From assembly GCA_051530055.1 (NCBI GenBank), contig CM121342.1, forward strand, positions 14,027,480 to 14,091,479: 64,000 nucleotides of DNA, given 5' to 3'. Within the stretch, counting starts at the first letter, position 1. Each line of letters opens with the position of its first letter. A program made the position numbers and the translations under genes. The DNA comes from Neoechinorhynchus agilis. Lineage: Eukaryota > Animalia > Acanthocephala. The notes under the pieces are model-generated. The model did no database searches, was not told the DNA's origin, and saw only the letters and a program-made list of their open reading frames with translations. Below are positions 49,801 through 64,000 of the stretch, in pieces.

Positions 49801-52800
49801 TATTCGGCATGCATGAATATTCGAGGATACTAACTGATAGAACGAACTTCGTAAGCGCGCGAGCTCATGAGTTCATACACGTACACAAACAAACAATAAA
49901 CGTTGAATACGTATTCACGAATAAACGGGAATACATACTCCCGAACGCGATTGCGGATGCGATCGGGCAAACAAATAGTAAAATGCCTGAGCACAAATAA
50001 TAAACACGCATTATATTCGGAAGATGCATGAATACTCGAGGATACTAACTGATAGAACGAACTTCGTAAGCGCGCGAGCTCATGAGTTCATACACGTACA
50101 CAAACAAACAATAAACGTTGAATACGTATACACGAATAAACGGGAATACATACTCCCGAACGCGATTGCGGATGCGATCGGGCAAACAAATAGTAAAATG
50201 CCTGAGCACAAATAATAAACACGCATTATATTCGGAAGCATGCATGAATATCCGAGGATACTAACTGATAGAACGAACTTCGTAAGCGCGCGAGCTCATG
50301 AGTTCATACACGTACACAAACAAACAATAAACGTTGAATACGTATACACGAATAAACGGGAATACATACTCCCGAACGCGATTGCGGATGCGATCGGGCA
50401 AACAAATAGTAAAATGCCTGCGCACAAATAATAAACACGCATTATATTCGGAAGCATGCATGAATATCCGAGGATACTAACTGATAGAACGAACTTCGTA
50501 AGCGCGCGAGCTCATGAGTTCATACACGTACACAAACAAACAATAAACGTTGAATACGTATACACGAATAAACGGGAATACATACTCCCGAACGCGATTG
50601 CGGATACGATCGGGAAAACAAATAGTAAAATGCCTGAGCACAAATAATAAACACGCATTATATTCGGAAGCATGCATGAATATCCGAGGATACTAACTGA
50701 TAGAACGAACTTCGTAAGCGCGCGAGCTCATGAGTTCATAGACGTACACAAACAAACAATAATGTTGAATACGTATACACGAATAAACGGGAATACATAC
50801 TCCAGAACGCGATTGCGGATGCGATCGTGCAAACAAATAGTAAAATGCCAGCGCACAAATAATAAACACGCATTATATTCGGAAGCATGCATAAATATCC
50901 GAGGATACTAACTGATGGAACGAACTTCGTAAGCGCGCGAGCTCATGAGTTCATACACGTACACAAACAAACAATAAACGTTTAATACGTATACACGAAT
51001 AAACGGGAATACATACTCCAGAACGCGATTGCGGATGCGATCGGGTTAACAAATAGTAAAACGCCTGAGCACAAATAAAAAACGCGCATTATATTCGCAA
51101 GCATGCATGAATACTCGAGGATACTAACTGATAGAACGACCTTCGTAAGCGTGCGAGCTCATGAGTTCATGCACGTACACAAACAAACAATAAACGTTGA
51201 ATACATGTACACGAATAAACGGGAATGCATGCTCCCGAACGCGATTGCGGATGCGATCGGGAAAACAAATCGTAAAACGCTTGAGTACAAATAATAAACA
51301 CGCATTATATTGGCATGCATGAATACTCGAGTATACTAACTGATAGAACGAACTTCGTAAGCGCTCGAGCTCATGAGTTCATACACGTACACAAACAAAC
51401 AATAAACGTTGAATACGTATACACGAATAAACGGGAATACATACTACTGAACGCGATTGACGATGCAATCGGGCAAACAAACAGTACAATGCCTGAGCAC
51501 AAATAATAAACACGCATTATATTCGGAAGCATGCATGAATATCCGAGGATACTAACTGATAGAACGAACTTCGTAAGCGCGCGAGCTCATGAGTTCATAC
51601 ACGTACACAAACAAACAATAAACGTTGAATACGTATACACGAATAAACGGGAATGCATGCTCCCGAACGCGATTGCGGATGCGATCGGGCAAACAAATCG
51701 TAAAACGCTTGAGCACAAATAATAAACACGCATTATATTGGCATGCATGAATACTCGAGGATACTAACTGATAGAACGAACTTCGTAAGCGCTCGAGCTC
51801 ATGAGTTCATACACGTACACAAACAAACAATAAACGTTGAATATGTATTCACGAATAAACAGGAATACATACTACTGAACGCGATTGACGATGCATTCGG
51901 GCAAACAAACAGTACAATGCCTGAGCACAAATAATAAACACGCATTTTTATTCGGAAGCATGCATGAATATCCGAGGATACCAACTGATAGAACGAACTT
52001 CGTAAGCGCGCGAGCTCATGAGTTCATACACGTACACAAACAAACAATAAACGTTGAATACGTATACACGAATAAACGGGAATACATAATCCCGAACGCG
52101 ATTGCGGATACCATCGGGAAAACAAGTAGTAAAATGCCTGAGCACAAATAATAAACACGCATTATATTCGGAAGCATGCATGAATATCCGAGGATACTAA
52201 CTGATGGAACGAACTTCGTAAGCGCGCGAGCTCATGCGTTCATAGACGTACACAAATAAACAATAACGTTAAATACGTATACACGAATAAACGGGAATAC
52301 ATACTCCAGAACGCGATTGCGGATGCGATCGTGCAAACAAATAGTAAAATGCCAGCGCACAAATAATAAACACGTATTATATTCGGAAGCATGCATAAAT
52401 ATCCGAGGATACTAACTGATGGAACGAACATCGTAAGCGCGCGAGCTCATGAGTTCATACACGTACACAAACAAACAATAAACGTTGAATACGTATACAC
52501 GAATAAACGGGAATACATACTCCCGAACGCGATTGCGGATGCGATCGGGCAAACAAATAGTAAAACGCCTGAGCACAAATAATAAACACGCATTATATTG
52601 GCAAGATGCATGAATACTCGAGGATACTAACTGATAGAACGAACTTCGTAAGCGCGCGAGCTCATGAGTTCATACACGTACACAAACAAACAATAAACGT
52701 TGAATATGTATACACGAATAAACGGGAATACATACTCCCGAACGCGATTGCGGATGCGATCGGGCAAACAAATAGTAAAATGCCTGAGCACAAATAATAA

Positions 52801-55800
52801 ACACGCATTATATTCGGAAGCATGCATGAATATCCGAGGATACTAACTGATAGAACGAACTTCGTAAGCGCGCGAGCTCATGAGTTCATACACGTACACA
52901 AACAAACAATAAACGTTGAATACGTATACACGAATAAACGGGAATACATACTCCCGAACGCGATTGCGGATACCATCGGGAAAACAAATAGTAAAATGCC
53001 TGAGCACAAATAATAAACACGCATTATATTCGGAAGCATGCATGAATATCCGAGGATACTAACTGATAGAACGAACTTCGTAAGCGCGCGAGCTCATGAG
53101 TTCATACACGTACACAAACAAACAATAAAGTTGAATACGTATACACGAATAAACGGGAATACATACTCCCGAACGCGATTGCGGATGCGATCGGGCAAAC
53201 AAATAGTAAAATGCCTGCGCACAAATAATAAACACGCATTATATTCGGAAGCATGCATGAATATCCGAGGATACTAACTGATAGAACGAACTTCGTAAGC
53301 GCGCGAGCTCATGAGTTCATACACGTACACAAACAAACAATAAACGTTGAATACGTATACACGAATAAACGGGAATACATACTCCAGAACGCGATTGCGG
53401 ATGCGATCGGGCAAACAAATAGTAAAATGCCTGCGCACAAATAATAAACACGCATTATATTCGGAAGCATGCATGAATATCCGAGGATACTAACTGATAG
53501 AACGAACTTCGTAAGCGCGCGAGCTCATGAGTTCATACACGTACACAAACAAACAATAAACGTTGAATACATATACACGAATAAACGGGAATGCATGCTC
53601 CCGAACGCGATTGCGGATGCGATCGGGCAAACAAATCGTAAAACGCTTGAGCACAAATAATAAACACGCATTATATTGGCATGCATGAATACTCGAGGAT
53701 ACTAACTGATAGAACGAACTTCGTAAGCGCTCGAGCTCATGAGTTCATACACGTACACAAACAAACAATAAACGTTGAATATGTATACACGAATAAACGG
53801 GAATACATACTACTGAACGCGATTGCGGATGCGATCGGGCAAACAAATAGTAAAATGCCTGAGCACAAATAATAAACACGCATTATATTCGGAAGCATGC
53901 ATGAATATCCGAGGATACTAACTGATAGAACGAACTTCGTAAGCGCGCGAGCTCATGAGTTCATACACGTACACAAACAAACAATAAACGTTGAATACGT
54001 ATACACGAATAAACGGGAATACATACTCCCGAACGCGATTGCGGATACCATCGGGAAAACAAATAGTAAAATGCCTGAGCACAAATAATAAACACGCATT
54101 ATATTCGGAAGCATGCATGAATATCCGAGGATACTAACTGATAGAACGAACTTCGTAAGCGCGCGAGCTCATGAGTTCATAGACGTACACAAACAAACAA
54201 TAAACGTTGAATACGTATACACGAATAAACGGGAATACATACTCCAGAACGCGATTGCGGATGCGATCGTGATTCGGAAGCATGCATGAATATCCGAGGA
54301 TACTAACTGATAGAACGAACTTCGTAAGCGCGCGAGCTCATGAGTTCATACACGTACACAAACAAACAATAAACGTTGAATACGTATACACGAATAAACG
54401 GGAATACATACTCCCGAACGCGATTGCGGATACGATCGGGAAAACAAATAGTAAAATGCCTGAGCACAAATAATAAACACGCATTATATTCGGAAGCATG
54501 CATGAATATCCGAGGATACTAACTGATAGAACGAACTTCGTAAGCGCCGAGCTCATGAGTTCATAGACGTACACAAACAAACAATAATGTTGAATACGTA
54601 TACACGAATAAACGGGAATACATACTCCAGAACGCGATTGCGGATGCGATCGTGCAAACAAATAGTAAAATGCCAGCGCACAAATAATAAACACGCATTA
54701 TATTCGGAAGCATGCATAAATATCCGAGGATACTAACTGATGGAACGAACTTCGTAATCGCGCGAGCTCATGAGTTCATACACGTACACAAACAAACAAT
54801 AAACGTTTAATACGTATACACGAATAAACGGGAATACATACTCCAGAACGCGATTGCGGATGCGATCGGGTTAACAAATAGTAAAACGCCTGAGCACAAA
54901 TAAAAAACGCGCATTATATTCGCAAGCATGCATGAATACTCGAGGATACTAACTGATAGAACGACCTTCGTAAGCGTGCGAGCTCATGAGTTCATGCACG
55001 TACACAAACAAACAATAAACGTTGAATACATGTACACGAATAAACGGGAATGCATGCTCCCGAACGCGATTGCGGATGCGATCGGGAAAACAAATCGTAA
55101 AACGCTTGAGTACAAATAATAAACACGCATTATATTGGCATGCATGAATACTCGAGTATACTAACTGAAAGAACGAACTTCGTAAGCGCTCGAGCTCATG
55201 AGTTCATACACGTACACAAACAAACAATAAACGTTGAATATGTATACACGAATAAACGGGAATACATAATACTGAACGCGATTGACGATGCAATCGGGCA
55301 AACAAACAGTACAATGCCTGAGAACAAATAATAAACACGCATTTTTATTCGGAAGCATGCATGAATATCCGAGGATACCAACTGATAGAACGAACTTCGT
55401 AAGCGCGCGAGCTCATGAGTTCATACACGTACACAAACAAACAATAAACGTTGAATACGTATACACGAATAAACGGGAATACATACTCCCGAACGCGATT
55501 TGCGGATACCATCGGGAAAACAAGTAGTAAAATGCCTGAGCACAAATAATAAACACGCATTATATTCGGAAGCATGCATGAATATCCGAGGATACTAACT
55601 GATAGAACGAACTTCGTAAGCGCGCGAGCTCATGAGTTCATAGACGTACACAAATAAACAATAACGTTGAATACGTATACACGAATAAACGGGAATACAT
55701 ACTCCAGAACGCGATTGCGGATGCGATCGTGCAAACAAATAGTAAAATGCCAGCGCACAAATAATAAACACGCATTATATTCGGAAGCATGCATAAATAT

Positions 55801-58800
55801 CCGAGGATACTAACTGATGGAACGAACATCGTAAGCGCGCGAGCTCATGAGTTCATACACGTACACAAACAAACAATAAACGTTGAATACGTATACACGA
55901 ATAAACGGGAATACATACTCCCGAACGCGATTGCGGATGCGATCGGGCAAACAAATAGTAAAATGCCTGAGCACAAATAATAAACACGCATTATATTGGC
56001 ATGCATGAATACTCGAGGATACTAACTGATAGAACGAACTTCGTAAGCGCTCGAGCTCATGAGTTCATACACGTACACAAACAAACAATAAACGTTGAAT
56101 ATGTATACACGAATAAACGGGAATACATACTCCAGAACGCGATTGCGGATGCGATCGTGCAAACAAATAGTAAAATGCCTGCGCACAAATAATAAACACG
56201 CATTATATTCGGAAGCATGCATGAATATCCGAGGATACTAACTGATAGAACGAACTTCGTAAGCGCGCGAGCTCATGAGTTCATAGACGTACACAAACAA
56301 ACAATAAACGTTGAATACGTATACACGAATAAACGGGAATACATACTCCAGAACGCGATTGCGGATGCGATCGGGTTAACAAATAGTAAAACGCCTGAGC
56401 ACAAATAAAAAACGCGCATTATATTCGCAAGCATGCATGAATACTCGAGGATACTAACTGATAGAACGACCTTCGTAAGCGTGCGAGCTCATGAGTTCAT
56501 GCACGTACACAAACAAACAATAAACGTTGAATACATATACACGAATAAACGGGAATGCATGCTCCCGAACGCGATTGCAGATGCGATCGGGAAAACAAAT
56601 CGTAAAACGCTTGAGCAAAAATAATAAACACGCATTATATTGGCACATGAATACTCGAGTATACTAACTGATAGAACGAACTTCGTAAGCGCTCGAGCTC
56701 ATGAGTTCATACACGTACACAAACAAACAATAAACGTTGAATATGTATACACGAATAAACGGGAATACATACTACTGAACGCGATTGACGATGCAATCGG
56801 GCAAACAAACAGTAAAATGCCTGAGCACAAATAATAAACACGCATTTTTATTCGGAAGCATGCATGAATATCCGAGGATACTAACTGATAGAACGAACTT
56901 CGTAAGCGCGCGAGCTCATGAGTTCATACACGTACACAAACAAACAATAAACGTTGAATACGTATACACGAATAAACGGGAATACATACTCCCGAACGCG
57001 ATTGCGGATACCATCGGGAAAACAAATAGTAAAATGCCTGAGCACAAATAATAAACACGCATTATATTCGGAAGCATGCATGAATATCCGAGGATACTAA
57101 CTGATGAACGAACTTCGTAAGCGCGCGAGCTCATGAGTTCATACACGTACACAAACAAACAATAAAGTTGAATACGTATACACGAATAAACGGGAATACA
57201 TACTCCCGAACGCGATTGCGGATGCGATCGGGCAAACAAATAGTAAAATGCCAGCGCACAAATAATAAACACGCATTATATTCGGAAGCATGCATGAATA
57301 TCCGAGGATACTAACTGATAGAACGAACTTCGTAAGCGCGCGAGCTCATGAGTTCATACACGTACACAAACAAACAATAAACGTTGAATACGTATACACG
57401 AATAAACGGGAATACATACTCCCGAACGCGATTGCGGATGCGATCGGGCAAACAAATAGTAAAACGCCTGAGCACAAATAATAAACACGCATTATATTCG
57501 CAAGCATGCATGAATACTCGAGGATACTAACTGATAGAACGAACTTCGTAAGCGCGCGAGCTCATGAGTTCATACACGTACACAAACAAACAATAAACGT
57601 TGAATATGTATACACGAATAAACGGGAATACATACTCCCGAACGCGATTGCCGATGCGATCGGGCAAACAAACAGTAAAATGCCTGAGCACAAATAATAA
57701 ACACGCATTATATTCGGAAGCATGCATGAATATCCGAGGATACTAACTGATAGAACGAACTTCGTAAGCGCGCGAGCTCATGAGTTCATACACGTACACA
57801 AACAAACAATAAACGTTGAATACGTATACACGAATAAACGGGAATACATACTCCCGAACGCGATTGCGGATGCGATCGGGCAAACAAATAGTAAAATGCC
57901 TGAGCACAAATAATAAACACGCATTATATTGGCATGCATGAATATCCGAGGATACTAACTGATAGAACGAACTTCGTAAGCGCGCGAGCTCATGAGTTCA
58001 TACACGTACACAAACAAACAATAAACGTTGAATACGTATACACGAATAAACGGGAATGCATACTCCCGAACGCGATTGCGGATGCGATCGGGCAAACAAA
58101 TAGTAAAACGCTTGAGCACAAATAATAAACACGCATTATATTGGCATGCATGAATACTCGAGTATACTAACTGATAGAACGAACTTCGTAAGCGCTCGAG
58201 CTCATGAGTTCATACACGTACACAAACAAACAATAAACGTTGAATATGTATACACGAATAAACGGGAATACATACTACTGAACGCGATTGACGATGCAAT
58301 CGGGCAAACAAATAGTAAAATGCCTGAGCACAAATAATAAACACGCATTTTTATTCGGAAGCATGCATGAATATCCGAGGATACCAACTGATAGAACGAA
58401 CTTCGTAAGCGCGCGAGCTCATGAGTTCATACACGTACACAAACAAACAATAAACGTTGAATACGTATACACGAATAAACGGGAATACATACTCCCGAAC
58501 GCGATTGCGGATACCATCGGGAAAACAAGTAGTAAAATGCCTGAGCACAAATAATAAACACGCATTATATTCGGAAGCATGCATGAATATCCGAGGATAC
58601 TAACTGATAGAACGAACTTCGTAAGCGCGCGAGCTCATGAGTTCATAGACGTACACAAATAAACAATAACGTTGAATACGTATACACGAATAAACGGGAA
58701 TACATACTCCAGAACGCGATTGCGGATGCGATACGTGAAATAACTCGTGAGCTCGCGCGCTTACGAAGTTGGTTCTATCAGTTAGTATCCTCGGATATTC

Positions 58801-61800
58801 ATGCATACTTTCGAATATAATGCGTGTTTATTATTTGTGCGCAGGCATTTTACTATTTGTTTGCCCGATCGAATCGGCAATCGCGTTCGGGAGCATGTAT
58901 TCCCGTTTATTCGTGTATACGTATTCAACGTTTGTTGTTTGTTTGTGTACGTGTATGAACTCATGAGCTCGCGTGCTTACGAAGTTCGTTCTATCAGTTA
59001 GTATCCTCGAATATTCATGCATGCTTCCGAATATAATGCGTGTTTATTATTTGTGCGCAGGCATTTTACTATTTGTTTGGCCGATCGTATTCGAAATCGC
59101 GTTCGGGAGTATGTATTCCCGTTTATTCGTGTACACGTATTTAACGTTTATTGTTTGTTTGTGTACGTGTATGAACTCATGAGCTCGCGCGCTTACGAAG
59201 TTCGTTCTATCAGTTAGTATCCTCGGATATTCATGCAAGCTTCCGAATATAATGCGTGTTTATTATTTGTGCGCAGGCATTTTACTATTTGTTTGCCCGA
59301 TCGCATCCGCAAGCGCGTTCGGGAGCATGTATTCCCGTTTATTCGTGTATACCTATTGAACGTTTATTGTTTGTTTGTGTACGTGTAAAAACTCATGAGC
59401 TCGCGCGCTTTCGAAGTTCGTTCTATCAGCTAGTATCCCCGGATATTCATGCATGCCTCCGAATATAATGCGTGTTTATTATTTGTGGGAAACACGCATT
59501 ATATTCGGAAGCATGCATGAATATCCGAGGATACTAACTGATAGAACGAACTTCGTAAGCGCGCGAGCTCATGAGTTCATACACGTACACAAACAAACAA
59601 TAAACGTTGAATACGTATACACGAATAAACGGGAATACATACTCCAGAACGCGATTGCGGATGCGATCGTGCAAACAAATAGTAAAATGCCAGCGCACAA
59701 ATAATAAACACGCATTATATTCGGAAGCATGCATGAATATCCGAGGATACTAACTGATGGAACGAACTTCGTAAGCGCGCGAGCTCATGAGTTCATACAC
59801 GTACACAAACAAACAATAAACGTTTAATACGTATACACGAATAAACGGGAATACATACTCCAGAACGCGATTGCGGATGCGATCGGGTTAACAAATAGTA
59901 AAACGCCTGAGCACAAATAAAAAACGCGCATTATATTCGCAAGCATGCATGAATACTCGAGGATACTAACTGATAGAACGAACTTCGTAAGCGCGCGAGC
60001 TCATGAGTTCATGCACGTACACAAACAAACAATAAACGTTGAATACATATACACGAATAAACGGGAATACATGCTCCCGAACGCGATTGCGGATGCGATC
60101 GGGAAAACAAATAGTAAAACGCTTGAGCACAAATAATAAACACGCATTATATTGGCATGCATGAATACTCGAGGATACTAACTGATAGAACGAACTTCGT
60201 AAGCGCTCGAGCTCATGAGTTCATACACGTACACAAACAAACAATAAACGTTGAATATGTATACACGAATAAACGGGAATACATACTCCTGAACGCGATT
60301 GCCGATGCGATCGGGCAAACAAATAGTAAAATGCCTGAGCACAAATAATAAACACGCATTATATTCGGAAGCATGCATGAAAGAACGAACTTCGTAAGCG
60401 CGCGAGCTCATGAGTTCATACACGTACACAAACAAACAATAAACGTTGAATACGTATACACGAATAAACGGGAATACATACTCCCGAACGCGATTGCGGA
60501 TACCATCGGGAAAACAAATAGTAAAATGCCTGAGCACAAATAATAAACACGCATTATATTCGGAAGCATGCATGAATATCCGAGGATACTAACTGATAGA
60601 ACGAACTTCGTAAGCGCGCGAGCTCATGAGTTCATACACGTACACAAACAAACAATAAAGTTGAATACGTATACACGAATAAACGGGAATACATACTCCC
60701 GAACGCGATTGCGGATGCGATCGGGCAAACAAATAGTAAAATGCCTGCGCACAAATAATAAACACGCATTATATTCGGAAGCATGCATGAATATCCGAGG
60801 ATACTAACTGATAGAACGAACTTCGTAAGCGCGCGAGCTCATGAGTTCATACACGTACACAAACAAACAATAAACGTTGAATACGTATACACGAATAAAC
60901 GGGAATACATACTCCCGAACGCGATTGCGGATGCGATCGGGCAAACAAATAGTAAAATGCCTGAGCACAAATAATAAACACGCATTATATTCGGAAGCAT
61001 GCATGAATATCCGAGGATACTAACTGATAGAACGAACTTCGTAAGCGCGCGAGCTCATGAGTTCATACACGTACACAAACAAACAATAAACGTTGAATAC
61101 GTATACACGAATAAACGGGAATACATACTCCCGAACGCGATTGCGGATGCGATCGGGCAAACAAATAGTAAAACGCCTGAGCACAAATGAATACTCGAGG
61201 ATACTAACTGATAGAACGAACTTCGTAAGCGCGCGAGCTCATGAGTTCATACACGTACACAAACAATAAACGTTGAATACGTATACACGAATAAACGGGA
61301 ATACATACTCCCGAACGCGATTGCGGATGCGATCGGGCAAACAAATAGTAAAATGCCTGAGCACAAATAATAAACACGCATTATATTCGCAAGCATGCAT
61401 GAATATCCGAGGATACTAACTGATAGAACGAACTTCGTAAGCGCGCGAGCTCATGAGTTCATACACGTACACAAACAAACAATAAACGTTGAATACGTAT
61501 ACACGAATAAACGGGAATACATACTCCCGAACGCGATTGCCGATGCGATCGGGCAAACAAATAGTAAAATGCCTGAGCACAAATAATAAACACGCATTAT
61601 ATTCGGAAGCATGCATGAATATCCGAGGATACTAACTGATAGAACGAACTTCGTAAGCGCGCGAGCTCATGAGTTCATACACGTACACAAACAAACAATA
61701 AACGTTGAATACGTATACACGAATAAACGGGAATACATACTCCCGAACGCGATTGCGGATACGATCGGGAAAACAAATAGTAAAATGCCTGAGCACAAAT

Positions 61801-64000
61801 AATAAACACGCATTATATTCGGAAGCATGCATGAATATCCGAGGATACTAACTGATAGAACGAACTTCGTAAGCGCGCGAGCTCATGAGTTCATACACGT
61901 ACACAAATAAACAATAACGTTGAATACGTATACACGAATAAACGGGAATACATACTCCCGAACGCGATTGCGGATGCGATCGGGCAAACAAATAGTAAAA
62001 TGCCTGCGCACAAATAATAAACACGCATTATATTGGCATGCATGAATATCCGAGGATACTAACTGATAGAACGAACTTCGTAAGCGCGCGAGCTCATGAG
62101 TTCATACACGTACACAAACAAACAATAAACGTTGAATACGTATACACGAATAAACGGGAATACATACTCCCGAACGCGATTGCGGATGCGATCGGGCAAA
62201 CAAATAGTAAAATGCCTGAGCACAAATAATAAACACGCATTATATTCGGAAGCATGCATGAATATCCGAGGATACTAACTGATAGAACGAACTTCGTAAG
62301 CGCGCGAGCTCATGAGTTCATACACGTACACAAACAAACAATAAACGTTGAATACGTATACACGAATAAACGGGAATACATACTCCCGAACGCGATTGCG
62401 GATGCGATCGGGCAAACAAATAGTAAAATGCCTGAGCACAAATAATAAACACGCATTATATTCGGAAGCATGCATGAATATCCGAGGATACTAACTGATA
62501 GAACGAACTTCGTAAGCGCGCGAGCTCATGAGTTCATACACGTACACAAACAAACAATAAACGTTGAATACGTATACACGAATAAACGGGAATACATGCT
62601 CCCGAACGCGATTGCGGATGCGATCGGGAAAACAAATAGTAAAACGCCTGAGCACAAATAATAAACACGCATTATATTGGCATGCATGAATACTCGAGGA
62701 TACTAACTGATAGAACGAACTTCGTAAGCGCGCGAGCTCATGAGTTCATACACGTACACAAACAAACAATAAACGTTGAATATGTATACACGAATAAACG
62801 GGAATACATACTCCCGAACGCGATTGCCGATGCGATCGGGCAAACAAATAGTAAAATGCCTGAGCACAAATAATAAACACGCATTATATTCGGAAGCATG
62901 CATGAATATCCGAGGATACTAACTGATAGAACGAACTTCGTAAGCGCGCGAGCTCATGAGTTCATACACGTACACAAACAAACAATAAACGTTGAATACG
63001 TATACACGAATAAACGGGAATACATACTCCCGAACGCGATTGCGGATACCATCGGGAAAACAAATAGTAAAATGCCTGAGCACAAATAATAAACACGCAT
63101 TATATTCGGAAGCATGCATGAATATCCGAGGATACTAACTGATAGAACGAACTTCGTAAGCGCGCGAGCTCATGAGTTCATACACGTACACAAACAAACA
63201 ATAAAGTTGAATACGTATACACGAATAAACGGGAATACATACTCCAGAACGCGATTGCGGATGCGATCGGGCAAACAAATAGTAAAATGCCTGCGCACAA
63301 ATAATAAACACGCATTATATTCGGAAGCATGCATGAATATCCGAGGATACTAACTGATAGAACGAACTTCGTAAGCGCGCGAGCTCATGAGTTCATACAC
63401 GTACACAAACAAACAATAAACGTTGAATACGTATACACGAATAAACGGGAATACATACTCCAGAACGCGATTGCGGATGCGATCGGGTAAACAAATAGTA
63501 AAATGCCTGAGCACAAATAATAAACACGCATTATATTCGGAAGCATGCATGAATACTCGAGGATACTAACTGATAGAACGAACTTCGTAAGCGCGCGAGC
63601 TCATGAGTTCATACACGTACACAAACAAACAATAAACGTTGAATACGTATACACGAATAAACGGGAATACATACTCCCGAACGCGATTGCGGATACCATC
63701 GGGAAAACAAATAGTAAAATGCCTGAGCACAAATAATAAACACGCATTATATTCGGAAGCATGCATGAATATCCGAGGATACTAACTGATAGAACGAACT
63801 TCGTAAGCGCGCGAGCTCATGAGTTCATAGACGTACACAAATAAACAATAACGTTGAATACGTATACACGAATAAACGGGAATACATACTACAGAACGCG
63901 ATTGCGGATGCGATCGTGCAAACAAATAGTAAAATGCCAGCGCACAAATAATAAACACGCATTATATTCGGAAGCATGCATGAATATCCGAGGATACTAA
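46810..64000 (+). repeat. 216-bp tandem satellite array (with 212-bp and shorter variants), about 80 monomers, running off the window
   Basis: Consensus atgcatgaatatccgaggatactaactgatagaacgaacttcg...aacacgcattatattcggaagc recurs at 216/212-bp spacing. Edge monomers are more diverged. Confidence 0.99.
58740..59487 (-). repeat. Inverted block of about 3.5 satellite monomers within the array
   Basis: The monomer reads on the minus strand; the MHEY ORFs switch strand at 58831 and 59047. Confidence 0.95.

Noticed and set aside
46810-64000. CRISPR-like array
   Set aside because: Whole monomers repeat with no unique spacers, there are no cas genes, and the context is eukaryotic.

Overview
Compact, AT-rich eukaryotic DNA that looks metazoan (RPL32 ending RSKENE, a NAB/NCD1 protein, a forkhead gene), with divergent proteins and many short 40-60 nt GT-AG introns. 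Positions 1-46.7 kb hold RPL32, NAB-like, thioredoxin-like, PEBP, hexokinase, Fox, Aquarius, Sec16, beta-1,4-galactosyltransferase, PNPLA lipase, DDX52 and C9orf85-like genes. These are mixed with decayed LINE and Penelope retroelements, several carrying minimal hammerhead ribozyme motifs. Two multi-kb inverted duplications (arms about 5.7 and 5 kb) each break at or beside a retroelement relic. From about 46.8 kb to the end is a 216-bp satellite array, rich in dyad symmetry and CpG, with an internal inverted block. The most striking signal is that three conserved genes (B4GALT, Aquarius, hexokinase), and possibly a second Aquarius site, are interrupted by segments that must be removed to restore conserved motifs. 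These segments lack a motif-preserving GT-AG solution and carry their own terminal inverted repeats, so they are candidate MITE-derived non-canonical introns. All alignments, counts and family assignments were made by eye or from recalled motifs; no database search was run.
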